Virus record (IMG/VR): IMGVR_UViG_3300032562_000004
Coordinates: 124,001-188,000 of that record
Reading direction: 5' to 3' (one strand)
Length of the DNA stretch: 64,000 bases
The notes beneath the pieces are model-generated. The model searched no databases. It was not told the DNA's origin and saw only the letters and a program-made list of their open reading frames with translations. A program made the translations under genes and the position numbers. This document shows positions 63,515-64,000 of the stretch, one piece after another (positions within the stretch are counted from its first letter, which is position 1; each line of letters begins with the position of its first letter).

Positions 63515-64000
63515 TATCTTTTTACCGGAGTTTGTATCATTTGTTTATTAATATCATTCTTTTTAAGTTTTTCCCAAGGATCCTGTTGACCTAGTTTTAC
63601 ATTTTGCCAGAAAGAAAGGTCTTTACCTTTTGACACTAGATAAGAAGCAATCTTTTCAGCGTCAACTAATCTGCCATTGCCATATGAAGGATGATGGAAA
63701 TCTTTTGGACTACTAGGATTACCTTCTAATACCTCACGATTTTTAAATGTAAGGTCTGCGTTGCTACCAGTTAAGTCATGTCTATCGTGTGTAGCGTAAA
63801 TTTCTACAATTTCCATAATGTCAAGCATATAAGCAATTTGACTTAACTCAGCATCAATCATTTGATGACGTGAGAAGAATCCAAATAAGTCATACCATTC
63901 TTTAGGAACAATAGGGAAAATAGAATATGGATGTTCGCGATGAACATGGATTTTAAGTAGTTTGAATTCACCAGTATGATCAGTGATAATTTTATCCCAA
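63514..64000 (-). CDS. Probable glycosyltransferase, C-terminal part (5' end outside the window)
   Basis: Frame open to the window edge: WDKIITDHTGEF...HPYSIFPIVPKEW...DAELSQIAY...HDRHD. Confidence 0.5.
   Translation of the reverse strand, partial: WDKIITDHTGEFKLLKIHVHREHPYSIFPIVPKEWYDLFGFFSRHQMIDAELSQIAYMLDIMEIVEIYATHDRHDLTGSNADLTFKNREVLEGNPSSPKDFHHPSYGNGRLVDAEKIASYLVSKGKDLSFWQNVKLGQQDPWEKLKKNDINKQMIQTPVKR

Overview
This 64 kb window is AT-rich large-phage DNA, almost all coded on the minus strand, and it looks like two lineages joined near 36.3-36.5 kb. Positions 1-36.3 kb are T4-like myovirus: baseplate and tail genes (gp6, 25, split gp5, 53, 48, 4, 2, 54, 26, 51), gp32/59/33, SleB, a two-piece tmRNA, a radical SAM/SPASM + Cys-rich protein + 2OG-Fe(II) oxygenase cluster, and GIY-YIG homing endonucleases. 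Positions 36.5-64 kb carry a 28-tRNA array with embedded nucleases, one further tRNA, a second two-piece tmRNA with a 29-aa tag, cspA, an outer-membrane beta-barrel, an RNase H-like exonuclease, and a MetK/QueE/PRT/NDP-sugar C-methylation cluster. Best novelty candidates: (1) a nearly leaderless 53-codon peptide containing all 20 amino acids, with a terminator/antiterminator pair, upstream of the tRNA array; (2) five array ORFs whose stop codons lie in the next tRNA, so 5' processing would make them nonstop tmRNA substrates; (3) a covarying 36-nt RNA leader on three inverted GIY-YIG genes; (4) a likely -1 frameshift fusing gp26 and gp51; (5) the rSAM/Cys-rich/oxygenase cluster; (6) a recurring helix enclosing the tmRNA intervening segments, tRNA-His and unexplained small RNAs. 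All calls are by eye; no searches were run.
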